DNA of 64,000 nucleotides from positions 47,111 to 111,110 of the IMG/VR virus record IMGVR_UViG_3300028887_000085; one strand, written 5' to 3'. Below the pieces are notes generated by a model that saw only the letters and a list, made by a program, of their open reading frames with translations, was not told the origin of the DNA and ran no database searches. This DNA comes from a virus. Its lineage: Duplodnaviria; Caudoviricetes. This document shows, piece after piece, positions 46,452 through 56,445 of this stretch (position 1 is the first letter of the stretch; every line of letters starts with the position of its first letter). Both the position numbers and the translations under genes were made by a program.

Positions 46452-47087
46452 ATGGCGGACATCGGAATCAAGATCGAAGCTTCCAAGCTGACGCTGAACG
46501 ACTTCATCACCGACTACGGGGAAGCGCTATCTGCGGACAAAATGCAACGCATCGCGGAAAGCATCGGAAACGTGATGAAGGAAACGCTGGAGCACCGCAT
46601 CGAAGAAGACGTTTACAAGGAATACAAGCCGCACGTATATCCCAGAAGAAGCGAGCATCCGGGATACGGAGTGGCGCTCAACGACATGGAAAAGACCGTA
46701 ACGCTTTTTCCGAAAAGCATTCCGGGTAAGGCGGAAATCACATTTGTCTATCAGCCGAGCGGCGAACACAGCGGAACCTTCGGTGACTTCTACGACGAAA
46801 ACAAGCTGCTTCGGCTCCACAAAAAAGCCAGCGACCCGATCAAACCCAACCCGGTTCACGGAGACGACCTTATTCGGAGAATCGAAACCGGACGGGGATA
46901 TGACTATCACCCTTCGTCCAAAGACCCGCATCCCTTCACAGAGCCGAGACCGTTTTGGGCAAACTTTGTCGCAGAGATGCTGGAGGGCGGAGAGTTCGAC
47001 AGAGCGGTCACGGACGCATTCAGGGCAGAGGGCATTGAGATAGAGAACGTCCATACCGAGCGAGAAAACGGCGACGGAAACTACTGA
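46452..47087 (+). CDS. Tail component (HK97 gp10-like, putative)
   Basis: VY..Y.P..Y.RR and PRPF motifs. Confidence 0.5.
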   Translation: MADIGIKIEASKLTLNDFITDYGEALSADKMQRIAESIGNVMKETLEHRIEEDVYKEYKPHVYPRRSEHPGYGVALNDMEKTVTLFPKSIPGKAEITFVYQPSGEHSGTFGDFYDENKLLRLHKKASDPIKPNPVHGDDLIRRIETGRGYDYHPSSKDPHPFTEPRPFWANFVAEMLEGGEFDRAVTDAFRAEGIEIENVHTERENGDGNY

Positions 47088-47107
47088 GAAATTGAGGCGA
47101 TGAAGAG

Positions 47108-50100
47108 ATGGCGGTAATCAAACTTACTATCCAGCTGGACAAAGCTAGTCTTGAATCTACAATCAAGGAGATAAACAGCGAGCTCGGAAAAATCAAAGGT
47201 CTCAATATCAAGGTAGACAACAGCGGCGCGAAAGCGGCGCAGAGCCTTGCTGCAAATATTCAGGGAGTTACCAAGGCTACGGAAGCCGCCGCTAGGACCA
47301 TCAAAAAGACCGAAACCGAGATTGACGGTGTTATCAAGAAAACGACCGAGCTGACTAAGGTTGCCGTCGGAGAATACGAACAACTTGTCAAGGCAAAAGG
47401 TAAAGAAACCAAGACCTTCATCCACAACGAGGAAGAAAAACGCAAGGCGGCGCAGAAGACCGCAGACGAAGCAGAAAAGAGGCGCGTGGCGGAGTATCAG
47501 GCGGCGGAGCAGCACCGTCAGGACCAGATCAAGCGGGAAATGCAGGCCACCGCAGAAGTCGAGGATGCCAAAGTAAAGCAAGCGCAGGAAGCAAACCGCC
47601 AGATGGTGAAGGACGAGGAGGAGTCGCTTCGTCAGCGCAGTGCGGCTTGGAAAGCCCATTTCGACAAGCTCAATGAAGAGAACGCCGCGCAGGAGAAAGC
47701 GAATGCTGCGAGAGAAAAAGCCGTCGAATCGGCAACGTCTCTTGAACGGCAGTATTCCAACCTGATCCGGCAGATCGAGAACCTGAAGGCGCAGTACCCG
47801 GAGGGAACCTTTGACGATATCGAAACCCAGGCGAGGGAAGCGCGGGAAGAGCTGCGGAATCTGGACAAGACATCGGAGGACTATGCCGACAAGGTAAAGC
47901 TTCTTCAGGGGAACTATCAGGGACTGCAGCGGGACATGGCGAATGCCCGCGAGGAAACGAAAAAACTCGACCGGGTGACGGAATCTTTCTGGATGAACAT
48001 TCAGAAATTCGCCCGCTGGTATATCGGCGGGAACTTCGTCGTCAAGATCGTCAACAGCCTGCGGGAAGCTCTGAAGACCATGAAGGAAGTGGACACGGAG
48101 CTTGCCAATATCCAGAAGGTCACAGACCGGACGGACGCGGAAATGCAGAAGCTCGCCAAGAGCGCCTACAGCGCCGCTTCCGCCTACGGCGTGAGCGCAC
48201 AGGCATATCTTGAGAGCGCGGCGGAATTTGCCAAGGCCGGTTTCGGAGACCAGGCGGAGGCGCTTGCGGAAGTCGCCATCAAGACGCAGCTTGTCGGCGA
48301 CGTTTCTGCGGACGTGGCGGACAAATTCCTCATCGCCAGCAACGCGGCATGGAAGATGAACGGCAACATCGAAGCGCTCAACAAGACGCTGGACGCCGCC
48401 AACATCATCGAGAACAACTACGCCACCAGCATCGAAAAGCTGGCGGCCGGTATGCCCATCGCCGCCAGCGTCGCGGCGAATGCGGGCATGACCTTTGAGC
48501 AGACCATCGCCGCCCTCGGCACCATCACCAGCGTCACGCAGGAGACGGGGACCAAGGCGGCGACGGCGCTCCGCGCCCTGATCCTGAACATCATCGGCGC
48601 GGTGGGCGAATATGAAGACGGGATCGAGGTCACGGAGGAATCCGTGAAGTCCTTGGACGGCATCCTTCAGGTATACGCGAAAGATGCGCTCGCGGCGGCA
48701 AAAGCAGCCGGGACCGTCGTCAACCCGATGGAGGCCATCGCCGCCCTCGCCAAGGCCAGCGAAGAAGGACTAGTCAATCAGGCGGAGCTCTTTGAAATCC
48801 TCTCCTCCCTGGGCGGAAAGCTGCGCACGAACCAGCTCATTTCCCTGGTGCAGAACTACGGAACTTACCTTGAAATGCTGGATAAGACCGTGGAGAGCGC
48901 CGGAAGCGCCGACCGAGAGATCGGGATCATGCTGGACACGTGGGAAGCCAAGACCAACATCCTGAAGAATACCTGGACGGAATTCGTTGCAAGCTTCATT
49001 GACACAGATGCCATAAAAGACGGGCTTGACGTTGCCATCGGTCTTATTGAACTTCTCAATACAGATTTGGGGAAAACGGCAATCATCGCTGGCGGAGTGC
49101 CCATCATCGTTACAGCCATCATCAGCGCCTTGAAGCCGCTGTATGCTGCCGTTCTTGCACACCCGATACTGGCGGCTATTTCTGCGGTCGTGACAGTTCT
49201 TTATCTTGCGGAATCCGCAGCTAAAAAAGCGGCAAGGGCTGTTGAAGAAATCAGAGACGCTGCCACGGAAGCGAAATCCGTCTATGAAAAGCTGACCGAG
49301 CAGATAAAAGAGCTGGAAAGAAGAAGCGAAAGCCTTACCGATATTGAAAAGAAGCGCCTGGAAATCCTTCGACTGGAAGCAAATGAAGCGGAGAAGGAAG
49401 CAAAACAGAAAGCGCTGGTTGCTTATTATTCGTCGTACAGCGGCGGGATGGTCGGCAATACGTGGGTTCGGGCAGACGCACAGGAACAGGCGCGAAACCT
49501 GCTCAAAGAATATCTTGAGCTCCAAAGCCAACTGAAAAACGCCAGCACTACCACAGAAATGGACGCGCTGGAAAAGCAGATTCAGGAAACAACAGTCGCC
49601 ATTACCAACATGGCGGATGACCTCCTGGATTTGCAGGGAATTTTGGGAGATGAACTTCCGGAAGCCGGAAAGAATGCCATAGAAATCCTGAGCCTGTTTA
49701 TTTCCGGGCTCAACAAAGTGTCGGAATCCGAAGCAAAAGTGGAAAACGCTACCGAGCCGGTGGTGGCGCAAACAAAGAGTTTGCAAGACATCCTTAAAGA
49801 CACCAGCGCGGCGGCGACTGCTTACGATACCGCCATCGGCGGGGTGGTCACCGCGCTGACGGACTTCGGAGAGGGAAGCTACGAAGTCTATACGGCCATG
49901 CAGGACCTGGAGACCGCCATTCCCGGAAGCACGGAAAAGCTCTACGACTTCGACACGGCGACATGGAAGGTGGACGCAAGTCTCATCGAGAGCAAATCCG
50001 ACCTGCTGGACTTCATCGACACCACAAAGCAGCTGGAATTCAGCCAGCAGATAAGCCGACTTGAGGAACTGGCTGCGGGATATTGGGACGTGGCCGGAGC

Positions 50101-52777
50101 AGCGCTGGCGGCGATGAACGCGCAGGCGGCGCAGCAGATGGCGGGTGTATTGGCGCACACCGGCGTTAGCTTCCAATCCGGAGCGGGACTCGACAACATC
50201 AACGCGCAGCTTGAAGCGCTGAAAGGAAAGCGAACCGAATGGGACGCCTATATCGCCACGCTGCGGCAGCGGAGCGGGTATTCCGGCGGCGGAAGCGGAG
50301 GCACGGGAACGACGGGCGGAACCGCCACGGACGCGGAGCTTCAAAAGCGGCAGAAGATCGTCGAGCTGCTGAAAGCGGAACTGGCGTTCCTCAAGGCCAG
50401 CGGGGCCAGCACGGAGGAGATCGTCGCCAAACAGCGAGAGATCCAGGCGGCGCTCCATGACGAAGCGGATTATCTTCGGAGCATCGGCGCGGACGAAACG
50501 GACGTGCTCGCTCTGAGCACCGAATGGTGGAATATCCAGAAGGACATCAACAAGGCGCTGGAGGACGCCGAAGAAACGGTCGAGGAGATCGCCGACGATC
50601 TGGAACGGCTGAAAAGCATCATCGGCCTTGAGAAGCAGGAACTCAGCTTTTTGCAGGCAAGCGGGGCAAGCCTGGACGAGATCAACGCCAAGCGCAAGGA
50701 AATCCAGGCGTCTCTCCACGACCAGGCGGAGGAAATGCGCCGCATCCTCGCCGCGATGGACGACACCAACAGCACGGAAGCCCAGCGAAAGGCTTATGAA
50801 GAAGACATTCTTGCCCTGAGCACCGAATGGTGGAACATCCAGAAACAAATCAACGACGACCTCGCCAAGGCGGAGCAGGAAAAGCTCAAGGCGCTGGAGG
50901 AAGAGAAGAAGCTTCGGGAAGAGATCTTCGACACGCTCCGCAAGACCGTTGACGACTACTACGCGAAAATACTCTCCGACAAGCAGGAGGAGCTGAACCT
51001 CGAAGAGCGCATCCTGGCGGTGCAGAAGGCGCAGGAAGCCCTTGCCAATGCGAAGAACGAACGCACGGTGCGCATCTTCAACCGGGAGACCGGACAGTGG
51101 GAATGGGTCGCCAACCAAAAGAACGTCAAGAGCGCGGCGGACGCGCTGAAAAAAGCGCAGGACGACCTCAACAAATACCAGAGAGACCAGGCGTGGAAGG
51201 AATTCAAGAGCGCCTGGGAATACGTGGCCGACCAGATCAAGGCCGGGGCCATGACCTTCAAGGAAGCCTACGCCTATATGTACGCCGAGATGAAGAAGAT
51301 ACAGGACACCTACGGGGTGGACCTGGGCTTCGTGCTGGAGGACAGCATCGGCGGATTTGAGGACCTGAACATCACCATAGACGATCTGACGGAGGAGGTC
51401 GCCGACACGCTGGGAAAGAGCGTGGGCGTGCTCTACGAGCAGCTTCAGGAATACGAGGCCGCCGTGGGGGCGCTCAAGAAAGAATTCGACAGCGCTTCCG
51501 ACAAGGTGAAGAACGGCGAAATGAAGATGGAGGACGCCTACAGCTACCTCCGAGACCGGGCAAAACAGATCGCCGACAAATACGGCATCGACATGACAGG
51601 AGCGCTGGAAGAGGCGATCTCCGGGATGGACAAGACCAACATGAGCATCGACGAGCTGTGGAAGGCCGTCATCATCAACCTCATGAAGGTCAACTCCGCC
51701 AGATGGTTTGACGCCAATGAAGAGGAGCGGGCCTATCTCCACGCGCAGAACGAATTTTTGGGATCGCTCATCGGCGCGACCTATGACCCCAGCGGATACT
51801 GGTATCTCAACGGGAGCCAGCTTTACGGCAGCCAGAAGGGCGGGGCCACGAGCTTTGGAGGCGGCGTGAGCGGCGGAAGCGGAAGCTCCGGCGGAGGCGG
51901 CGGCGGGGTTAGAGGCGCAGCCGGGACGGGGAAATTCTACGACAGCTACGGGAACGAATACGCTACGCTGGAGGATGCCGTCCGTGGGAACGCTTTCATT
52001 TCCGCCCAAAGAGACAGGAACAACGAGACATGGAGATATAACGGTTCCTACAACGCATATGCATGGCAGGACCCAAATTCGTGGGCAAAGTATTCCAACC
52101 TTTCTGAAGCTGATCCGGAATACGCCGAAAAGCTGCTGGCGCTGGAAGCTGCGGTCGCATCCGGCGCACCGCAGGAAGAGATCGACGCGCTTCTCAACAG
52201 CCTTTATAGTGACACCGAGGGGTCCTTCGGATATTTCGGAGCCATTCAGGGCGCGGGCGGGACCACCGGATTCGTGCAGGGCGGCTACGGCAACGCCAAC
52301 GGGCAGAAGCTGCTGATGCTGAACGGCAAGCTTTACGATTCCGACGTGAAGCCGGGGACCATGCTGCAGGACCTGTGGGGAAACCGCTGGGCCGTTGGCG
52401 AGGACGGACACACCCTGACAAAGCTCCTGCCAGCATGGTATGAAGACGAGAACGGCGCAAAGAAAGCGGGATACGTCTATCACGCCACGGAAGACGACAA
52501 CGGGCAGCCGGTGCTGGGAAAACAGGACATCCGGGATGGAAAGGCGTGGCAAATCGCCCAATCCGTTCGCAACAGCGACCTGGGAAGGGCCGGAGCCGAT
52601 GTGATGAAGGACGACACGAATTACAACAACACCCGGTCCGGAAGCACCGATGTCACGAACAACGGGGGCGACACCTACACCTTCGGGGGCGTGACCATCG
52701 GTGAACTCAAGGCTAAATCCATGACGGTATGGGAATTCGCAAAAATGGCAGCCTCTTTGGGGCAGTACAACGGTTAA
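47108..52777 (+). CDS. Tape measure protein
   Basis: 1889 aa, helical, Ala/Glu-rich; EVDTELANIQKVT, N.YATS..KLA, GT.AATALR TMP core. Confidence 0.9.
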   Translation: MAVIKLTIQLDKASLESTIKEINSELGKIKGLNIKVDNSGAKAAQSLAANIQGVTKATEAAARTIKKTETEIDGVIKKTTELTKVAVGEYEQLVKAKGKETKTFIHNEEEKRKAAQKTADEAEKRRVAEYQAAEQHRQDQIKREMQATAEVEDAKVKQAQEANRQMVKDEEESLRQRSAAWKAHFDKLNEENAAQEKANAAREKAVESATSLERQYSNLIRQIENLKAQYPEGTFDDIETQAREAREELRNLDKTSEDYADKVKLLQGNYQGLQRDMANAREETKKLDRVTESFWMNIQKFARWYIGGNFVVKIVNSLREALKTMKEVDTELANIQKVTDRTDAEMQKLAKSAYSAASAYGVSAQAYLESAAEFAKAGFGDQAEALAEVAIKTQLVGDVSADVADKFLIASNAAWKMNGNIEALNKTLDAANIIENNYATSIEKLAAGMPIAASVAANAGMTFEQTIAALGTITSVTQETGTKAATALRALILNIIGAVGEYEDGIEVTEESVKSLDGILQVYAKDALAAAKAAGTVVNPMEAIAALAKASEEGLVNQAELFEILSSLGGKLRTNQLISLVQNYGTYLEMLDKTVESAGSADREIGIMLDTWEAKTNILKNTWTEFVASFIDTDAIKDGLDVAIGLIELLNTDLGKTAIIAGGVPIIVTAIISALKPLYAAVLAHPILAAISAVVTVLYLAESAAKKAARAVEEIRDAATEAKSVYEKLTEQIKELERRSESLTDIEKKRLEILRLEANEAEKEAKQKALVAYYSSYSGGMVGNTWVRADAQEQARNLLKEYLELQSQLKNASTTTEMDALEKQIQETTVAITNMADDLLDLQGILGDELPEAGKNAIEILSLFISGLNKVSESEAKVENATEPVVAQTKSLQDILKDTSAAATAYDTAIGGVVTALTDFGEGSYEVYTAMQDLETAIPGSTEKLYDFDTATWKVDASLIESKSDLLDFIDTTKQLEFSQQISRLEELAAGYWDVAGAALAAMNAQAAQQMAGVLAHTGVSFQSGAGLDNINAQLEALKGKRTEWDAYIATLRQRSGYSGGGSGGTGTTGGTATDAELQKRQKIVELLKAELAFLKASGASTEEIVAKQREIQAALHDEADYLRSIGADETDVLALSTEWWNIQKDINKALEDAEETVEEIADDLERLKSIIGLEKQELSFLQASGASLDEINAKRKEIQASLHDQAEEMRRILAAMDDTNSTEAQRKAYEEDILALSTEWWNIQKQINDDLAKAEQEKLKALEEEKKLREEIFDTLRKTVDDYYAKILSDKQEELNLEERILAVQKAQEALANAKNERTVRIFNRETGQWEWVANQKNVKSAADALKKAQDDLNKYQRDQAWKEFKSAWEYVADQIKAGAMTFKEAYAYMYAEMKKIQDTYGVDLGFVLEDSIGGFEDLNITIDDLTEEVADTLGKSVGVLYEQLQEYEAAVGALKKEFDSASDKVKNGEMKMEDAYSYLRDRAKQIADKYGIDMTGALEEAISGMDKTNMSIDELWKAVIINLMKVNSARWFDANEEERAYLHAQNEFLGSLIGATYDPSGYWYLNGSQLYGSQKGGATSFGGGVSGGSGSSGGGGGGVRGAAGTGKFYDSYGNEYATLEDAVRGNAFISAQRDRNNETWRYNGSYNAYAWQDPNSWAKYSNLSEADPEYAEKLLALEAAVASGAPQEEIDALLNSLYSDTEGSFGYFGAIQGAGGTTGFVQGGYGNANGQKLLMLNGKLYDSDVKPGTMLQDLWGNRWAVGEDGHTLTKLLPAWYEDENGAKKAGYVYHATEDDNGQPVLGKQDIRDGKAWQIAQSVRNSDLGRAGADVMKDDTNYNNTRSGSTDVTNNGGDTYTFGGVTIGELKAKSMTVWEFAKMAASLGQYNG

Positions 52778-52795
52778 AGAAAGGAGCCGCCTGAA

Positions 52796-54226
52796 ATGCT
52801 CTTTCAAGCAACGAATATCATACCCGATCTCCGGAACGGGATCGGCCTCGGCGTGGTGGACGCCGCCGCCGGAATGACGGTGAGCTGGCAGGTGAATGGG
52901 GACTTCCCCGCGATGACGGGAATGAAGATCGTCATTTACCTGAACGACGAAGCTTCCACACAAAAATACACCACGGGGAAGGTGAGCTTCGGAACGCCCT
53001 TCTACGGGGTGGACGCGCTGGGGAACCTGCAATACTACAGCTATACCATTTCGGCGGCGACCCTCTCCGGTGCCGGGATCACCAACGGCAGCGAATACAA
53101 GATGCTCATTACCCAATACTACAGCGACAACGGTTCGGAGGCCAGCGTGACGCAGACCTCCGCCAGCGTCTTCATCACGCGCTCGACGCCGAGCTTCGCC
53201 CTGAGCTCCGTTCCCGCCACGGTGACCTCCAGCAGCTATACCTTCACGGTGAACTACAGCCAGACGCAGGGAGACACGCTGGACTGGATACGCTATCAGA
53301 TCGCCCAGGGAAGCGACACGGGCAGTCCCATCTACGACAGCGGGGCCATCTACGGGGCGGCGGTCTATACCAGCACCTACACCAGCTTCCGCACGGGATT
53401 TTCCTACAGCTTTCGGGCATTCGGACAGACCAGCAGCGGCGTCGCCGTGGACACGGGCTGGGAGGACTTCGACGTGAGCTACAGCGTGGAGACAGCTTCC
53501 GGCAGCGTAGTGGCGGACGTGGTGAAGAACGTGAACGGCGTCCGGGTGGACTGGACGAACATGAGCACGGTGAGCGGACAGAGCCGCTGGCTCATATTCC
53601 GGGAGCAGGGGAACAGCGGCGTGCTCGTCAAGATCGCGGACGTGGCCTCCGCCGTGCGAAAGATTTTCGACTGCGGCGCTGCCAGCGGGCAGGGGCCTTA
53701 CGACTACCTCGTGGCGGCGGCGAACAGCAGCGGCGTCATCATCGGCAGCATGGTGCGCAGCGCGGCGATCCGCCCCATCTTCTACCGCTGGACTTTGCTG
53801 GCGGCGGCGGAGAACGCGGACGGAAGCTTCACGGTGAAGAAGCAATACCACTTCAAATACAACCTGGACAGCGGGAGCAGCCCCAACAACAACACGCCGG
53901 AAATCCTCCAGAACTTCACGGCCTTCCCCACGGTGCAGCCCGCCCCGCAGAACTATCTCAGCGGAACGGTGAGAGCCCTGATCGGCTCGGTTTCTTCGGG
54001 GAAATATACGGACACCCTGACGGACAGAAAGGAACTGATGGCCCTCAGCGTGACGGACAGCCCCCTATTCCTCAAGAGCAGCAAGGGGGACGTGATGCGC
54101 ATAAGGATCAGCGGCCCGGTGACGGCGACCACGGCGGAGAAGACGGAGAGCCTTGCGCAGACGATCTCTGTGCCTTGGGTCGCAACGGGGGACGCGGCGC
54201 AGGAAAGCATCCGCGCAGACGCTTGA
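52796..54226 (+). CDS. Distal tail/baseplate protein (putative)
   Basis: Follows TMP; beta-rich; NY.SG and LFLK..KG motifs. Confidence 0.55.
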   Translation: MLFQATNIIPDLRNGIGLGVVDAAAGMTVSWQVNGDFPAMTGMKIVIYLNDEASTQKYTTGKVSFGTPFYGVDALGNLQYYSYTISAATLSGAGITNGSEYKMLITQYYSDNGSEASVTQTSASVFITRSTPSFALSSVPATVTSSSYTFTVNYSQTQGDTLDWIRYQIAQGSDTGSPIYDSGAIYGAAVYTSTYTSFRTGFSYSFRAFGQTSSGVAVDTGWEDFDVSYSVETASGSVVADVVKNVNGVRVDWTNMSTVSGQSRWLIFREQGNSGVLVKIADVASAVRKIFDCGAASGQGPYDYLVAAANSSGVIIGSMVRSAAIRPIFYRWTLLAAAENADGSFTVKKQYHFKYNLDSGSSPNNNTPEILQNFTAFPTVQPAPQNYLSGTVRALIGSVSSGKYTDTLTDRKELMALSVTDSPLFLKSSKGDVMRIRISGPVTATTAEKTESLAQTISVPWVATGDAAQESIRADA

Positions 54227-54250
54227 GGCGAGGAGGGAGGCACAGGAAGC

Positions 54251-55609
54251 ATGGACGAAGAGAACCGGAGGATCATAGAGCGGAACAGCCCGATGGGTAC
54301 GCGGACGAGAGCGCCCGTTCCCCTGCAAGGGATGAGCCTCAGCACCAACGAACGGCAGACGGACTATCTCGCTTCCCTGCGCAGGCCCTATACGAAGCTG
54401 TGCAGGCTGCGGTTTCTGAACCCCAACGGGACGACGGCCTTCGCCCTGGACAATAACCCCAAGAACCGGCGGAGCAAGACCTTCATCGCCAGCGGGAGCG
54501 TCAGCGCGAACATGCAGAACGGGCAGCGGATGAGCGCCACAGTGACGCTGTATAACGCCGGGCTGGAATACGAGACCGCCGTGAACAAGATTTGGTTCGG
54601 GCAGGAGGTTGCCATCGACGAGGGGCTGGTGCTCTCCAACGGGGAGGAATATTACCGGCAGACGGGGGTTTTTCTGATCGACAACCCCCAGGAGCAGGTG
54701 GACCCGGTGACGAACACCGTGACCTACCGGCTGCTGGACAAGTGGGCAGCGCTGGACGGGACGCTGGCGGGGAACCTGGAGGGCACCTATGAGGTGCCGC
54801 TGGGGACGAATATCTTTGAACCCATCACTGCGCTGCTGGCGGAGGACCGGGGGAACGGGAGACCGCTGGACAACCTGAAGCCGGTGTATACCGAATACTA
54901 CAACGGGAAGACACAGGAACTGTCCGACGGGACGACAGCCTATCTCACGGACAGCCCCTATACCCTGACGGTGAACGGCGGGGGGACCGTGGGGGACGTG
55001 ATATTGAAGCTGGCGGGGATGGTGAACGCATGGGTGGGCTACGACAACACAGGCAGGCTGCGCCTTGACCCCAGCCAGGACGACATTCTGGACATCAACA
55101 AGCCGGTGCTCTGGCGCTTCACCCCGGAGGAAGCGCAGCTTCTCGGCATGGCTTACACCGTCAAGAAAGAGGACATCTTCAACGATTACATCGTCGTGGG
55201 TGAGCTGCTGGACGACTATGAGCAGCCGGGGGGAAGGGCCACCAACTACGACCCCCGAAGCGATACCAACGTCAACATCATCGGACGGAAGACGAAATAC
55301 GAGAGCGCCAGCGGATATGCCACCACCAAACAGTGCATGGACCTGGCGGAATGGAAGCTGAAGCGCAGCAGCGTACTTAAACGGGCGGTGAGCATCCGCT
55401 GCATCCAAATGATGCACATTGACCTCAACAGCATCGTGGAGGTCGTGCGGACGGACAAGCCGGGAAGCCCGGTGGAAAGGCATCTGATACAGGGATTCAC
55501 GAGACCCCTTGCCTATAACGGGGAAATGAGCATCACCGCCGTGAGCACGGAGGAATTCCCCGTCGCCACGGTGACGGAATGGCCGGAGCCTGCGTCCTTA
55601 TCCGGCTGA
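54251..55609 (+). CDS. Baseplate hub/tail protein (putative)
   Basis: GVFLI..P, LLDKWAALDG...G; synteny. Confidence 0.55.
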   Translation: MDEENRRIIERNSPMGTRTRAPVPLQGMSLSTNERQTDYLASLRRPYTKLCRLRFLNPNGTTAFALDNNPKNRRSKTFIASGSVSANMQNGQRMSATVTLYNAGLEYETAVNKIWFGQEVAIDEGLVLSNGEEYYRQTGVFLIDNPQEQVDPVTNTVTYRLLDKWAALDGTLAGNLEGTYEVPLGTNIFEPITALLAEDRGNGRPLDNLKPVYTEYYNGKTQELSDGTTAYLTDSPYTLTVNGGGTVGDVILKLAGMVNAWVGYDNTGRLRLDPSQDDILDINKPVLWRFTPEEAQLLGMAYTVKKEDIFNDYIVVGELLDDYEQPGGRATNYDPRSDTNVNIIGRKTKYESASGYATTKQCMDLAEWKLKRSSVLKRAVSIRCIQMMHIDLNSIVEVVRTDKPGSPVERHLIQGFTRPLAYNGEMSITAVSTEEFPVATVTEWPEPASLSG

Positions 55610-55701
55610 ATGCCGATTGCCGCCGCAAGCGGCAGCAATCGGAAGATTCAGCCGGAACGTCCTTTTCAAACCGAAAGGCAAGCTTTCGGTTTGAGGGACG
55701 G
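55593..55701. repeat. Dispersed structured element, copy B
   Basis: CGTCCTTA-TCCGGCTGAAT..ATTCAGCCGGA-ACGTCCTTTTCAAACCGAA..TTCGGTTTG-GGACGG. Confidence 0.75.
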
Positions 55702-55775
55702 AGAATAGGAAGAAAAAACACGGACAGGAAAAGACTTGGCACCAAAACGCCTGAGAAAGGAGATAGAAAGCTATT

Positions 55776-56003
55776 ATGAAGAAGATTGTTTTCAAGGACG
55801 GAACCAGCAGGGAGATCACGGGGGAAGAGGGAAAATTCTGGCTGACCGGGGAAGCGCGGGTGCGGAAGCTGAGCGAGACCATCGCGGAGATCGCCGAGAC
55901 GGCGGAAGCGGAGGAGAAGCCCAAAGCCGAAGCCCCGAAGAAAAAGACCGCGAAGAAAAAGAAGAAGACGGAGGACGCAGAAGATGGAGACTGCGGCGGT
56001 TGA
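55776..56003 (+). CDS. Small Lys/Glu-rich protein
   Basis: AAGGAG RBS; 75 aa. Confidence 0.55.
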   Translation: MKKIVFKDGTSREITGEEGKFWLTGEARVRKLSETIAEIAETAEAEEKPKAEAPKKKTAKKKKKTEDAEDGDCGG

Positions 56004-56430
56004 AGTCATAAGTTTTGCGGATCTGCTGAAGACCGCAAGCGTGGCGGCGGCGGTGGCGGGAGTTTTCGGCCTGATTACGCTGTTTATCAACCGATTTTGG
56101 GCGAAACGGGACGAGAAACGGGGAAAGCTCAAGGCGATCCTCGACCGCATCGACGAGATGGACGGGAAGCTGACCGCCCACATCGCGGCGGACGACGAGC
56201 GGAATGCCGTGCAGTGCCGAACAAGGATACTGCGCTTCGCCGACGAACTCATCAACGAGCCAAATCACCTGCACACACAGGGAAATTTCGAGCAGACGCT
56301 GCAGGATATCACCGTCTATGACCAATACTGCGCAGAACACCCAAAATTCCGCAACGAGCTGACGCTTCGCAGCGCGGAGATCATCCGCAAGGTATACGAC
56401 GAATGCGCCAGAGAGCACAAGTTTTTGTGA
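55984..56430 (+). CDS. Holin-like membrane protein
   Basis: Single N-terminal TM; R.RILRF.DE..H....F....DI..Y..YC..HP.F.N. Confidence 0.6.
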   Translation: METAAVEVISFADLLKTASVAAAVAGVFGLITLFINRFWAKRDEKRGKLKAILDRIDEMDGKLTAHIAADDERNAVQCRTRILRFADELINEPNHLHTQGNFEQTLQDITVYDQYCAEHPKFRNELTLRSAEIIRKVYDECAREHKFL

Positions 56431-56445
56431 GGAGGAACAGGAAAA

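Noticed and set aside
48770-53851. 1693-aa minus-strand ORF and other long antisense ORFs (e.g. 29217-31229, 31585-33660, 57223-59064)
   Set aside because: Shadow ORFs opposite well-supported genes, caused by high GC3 codon bias.
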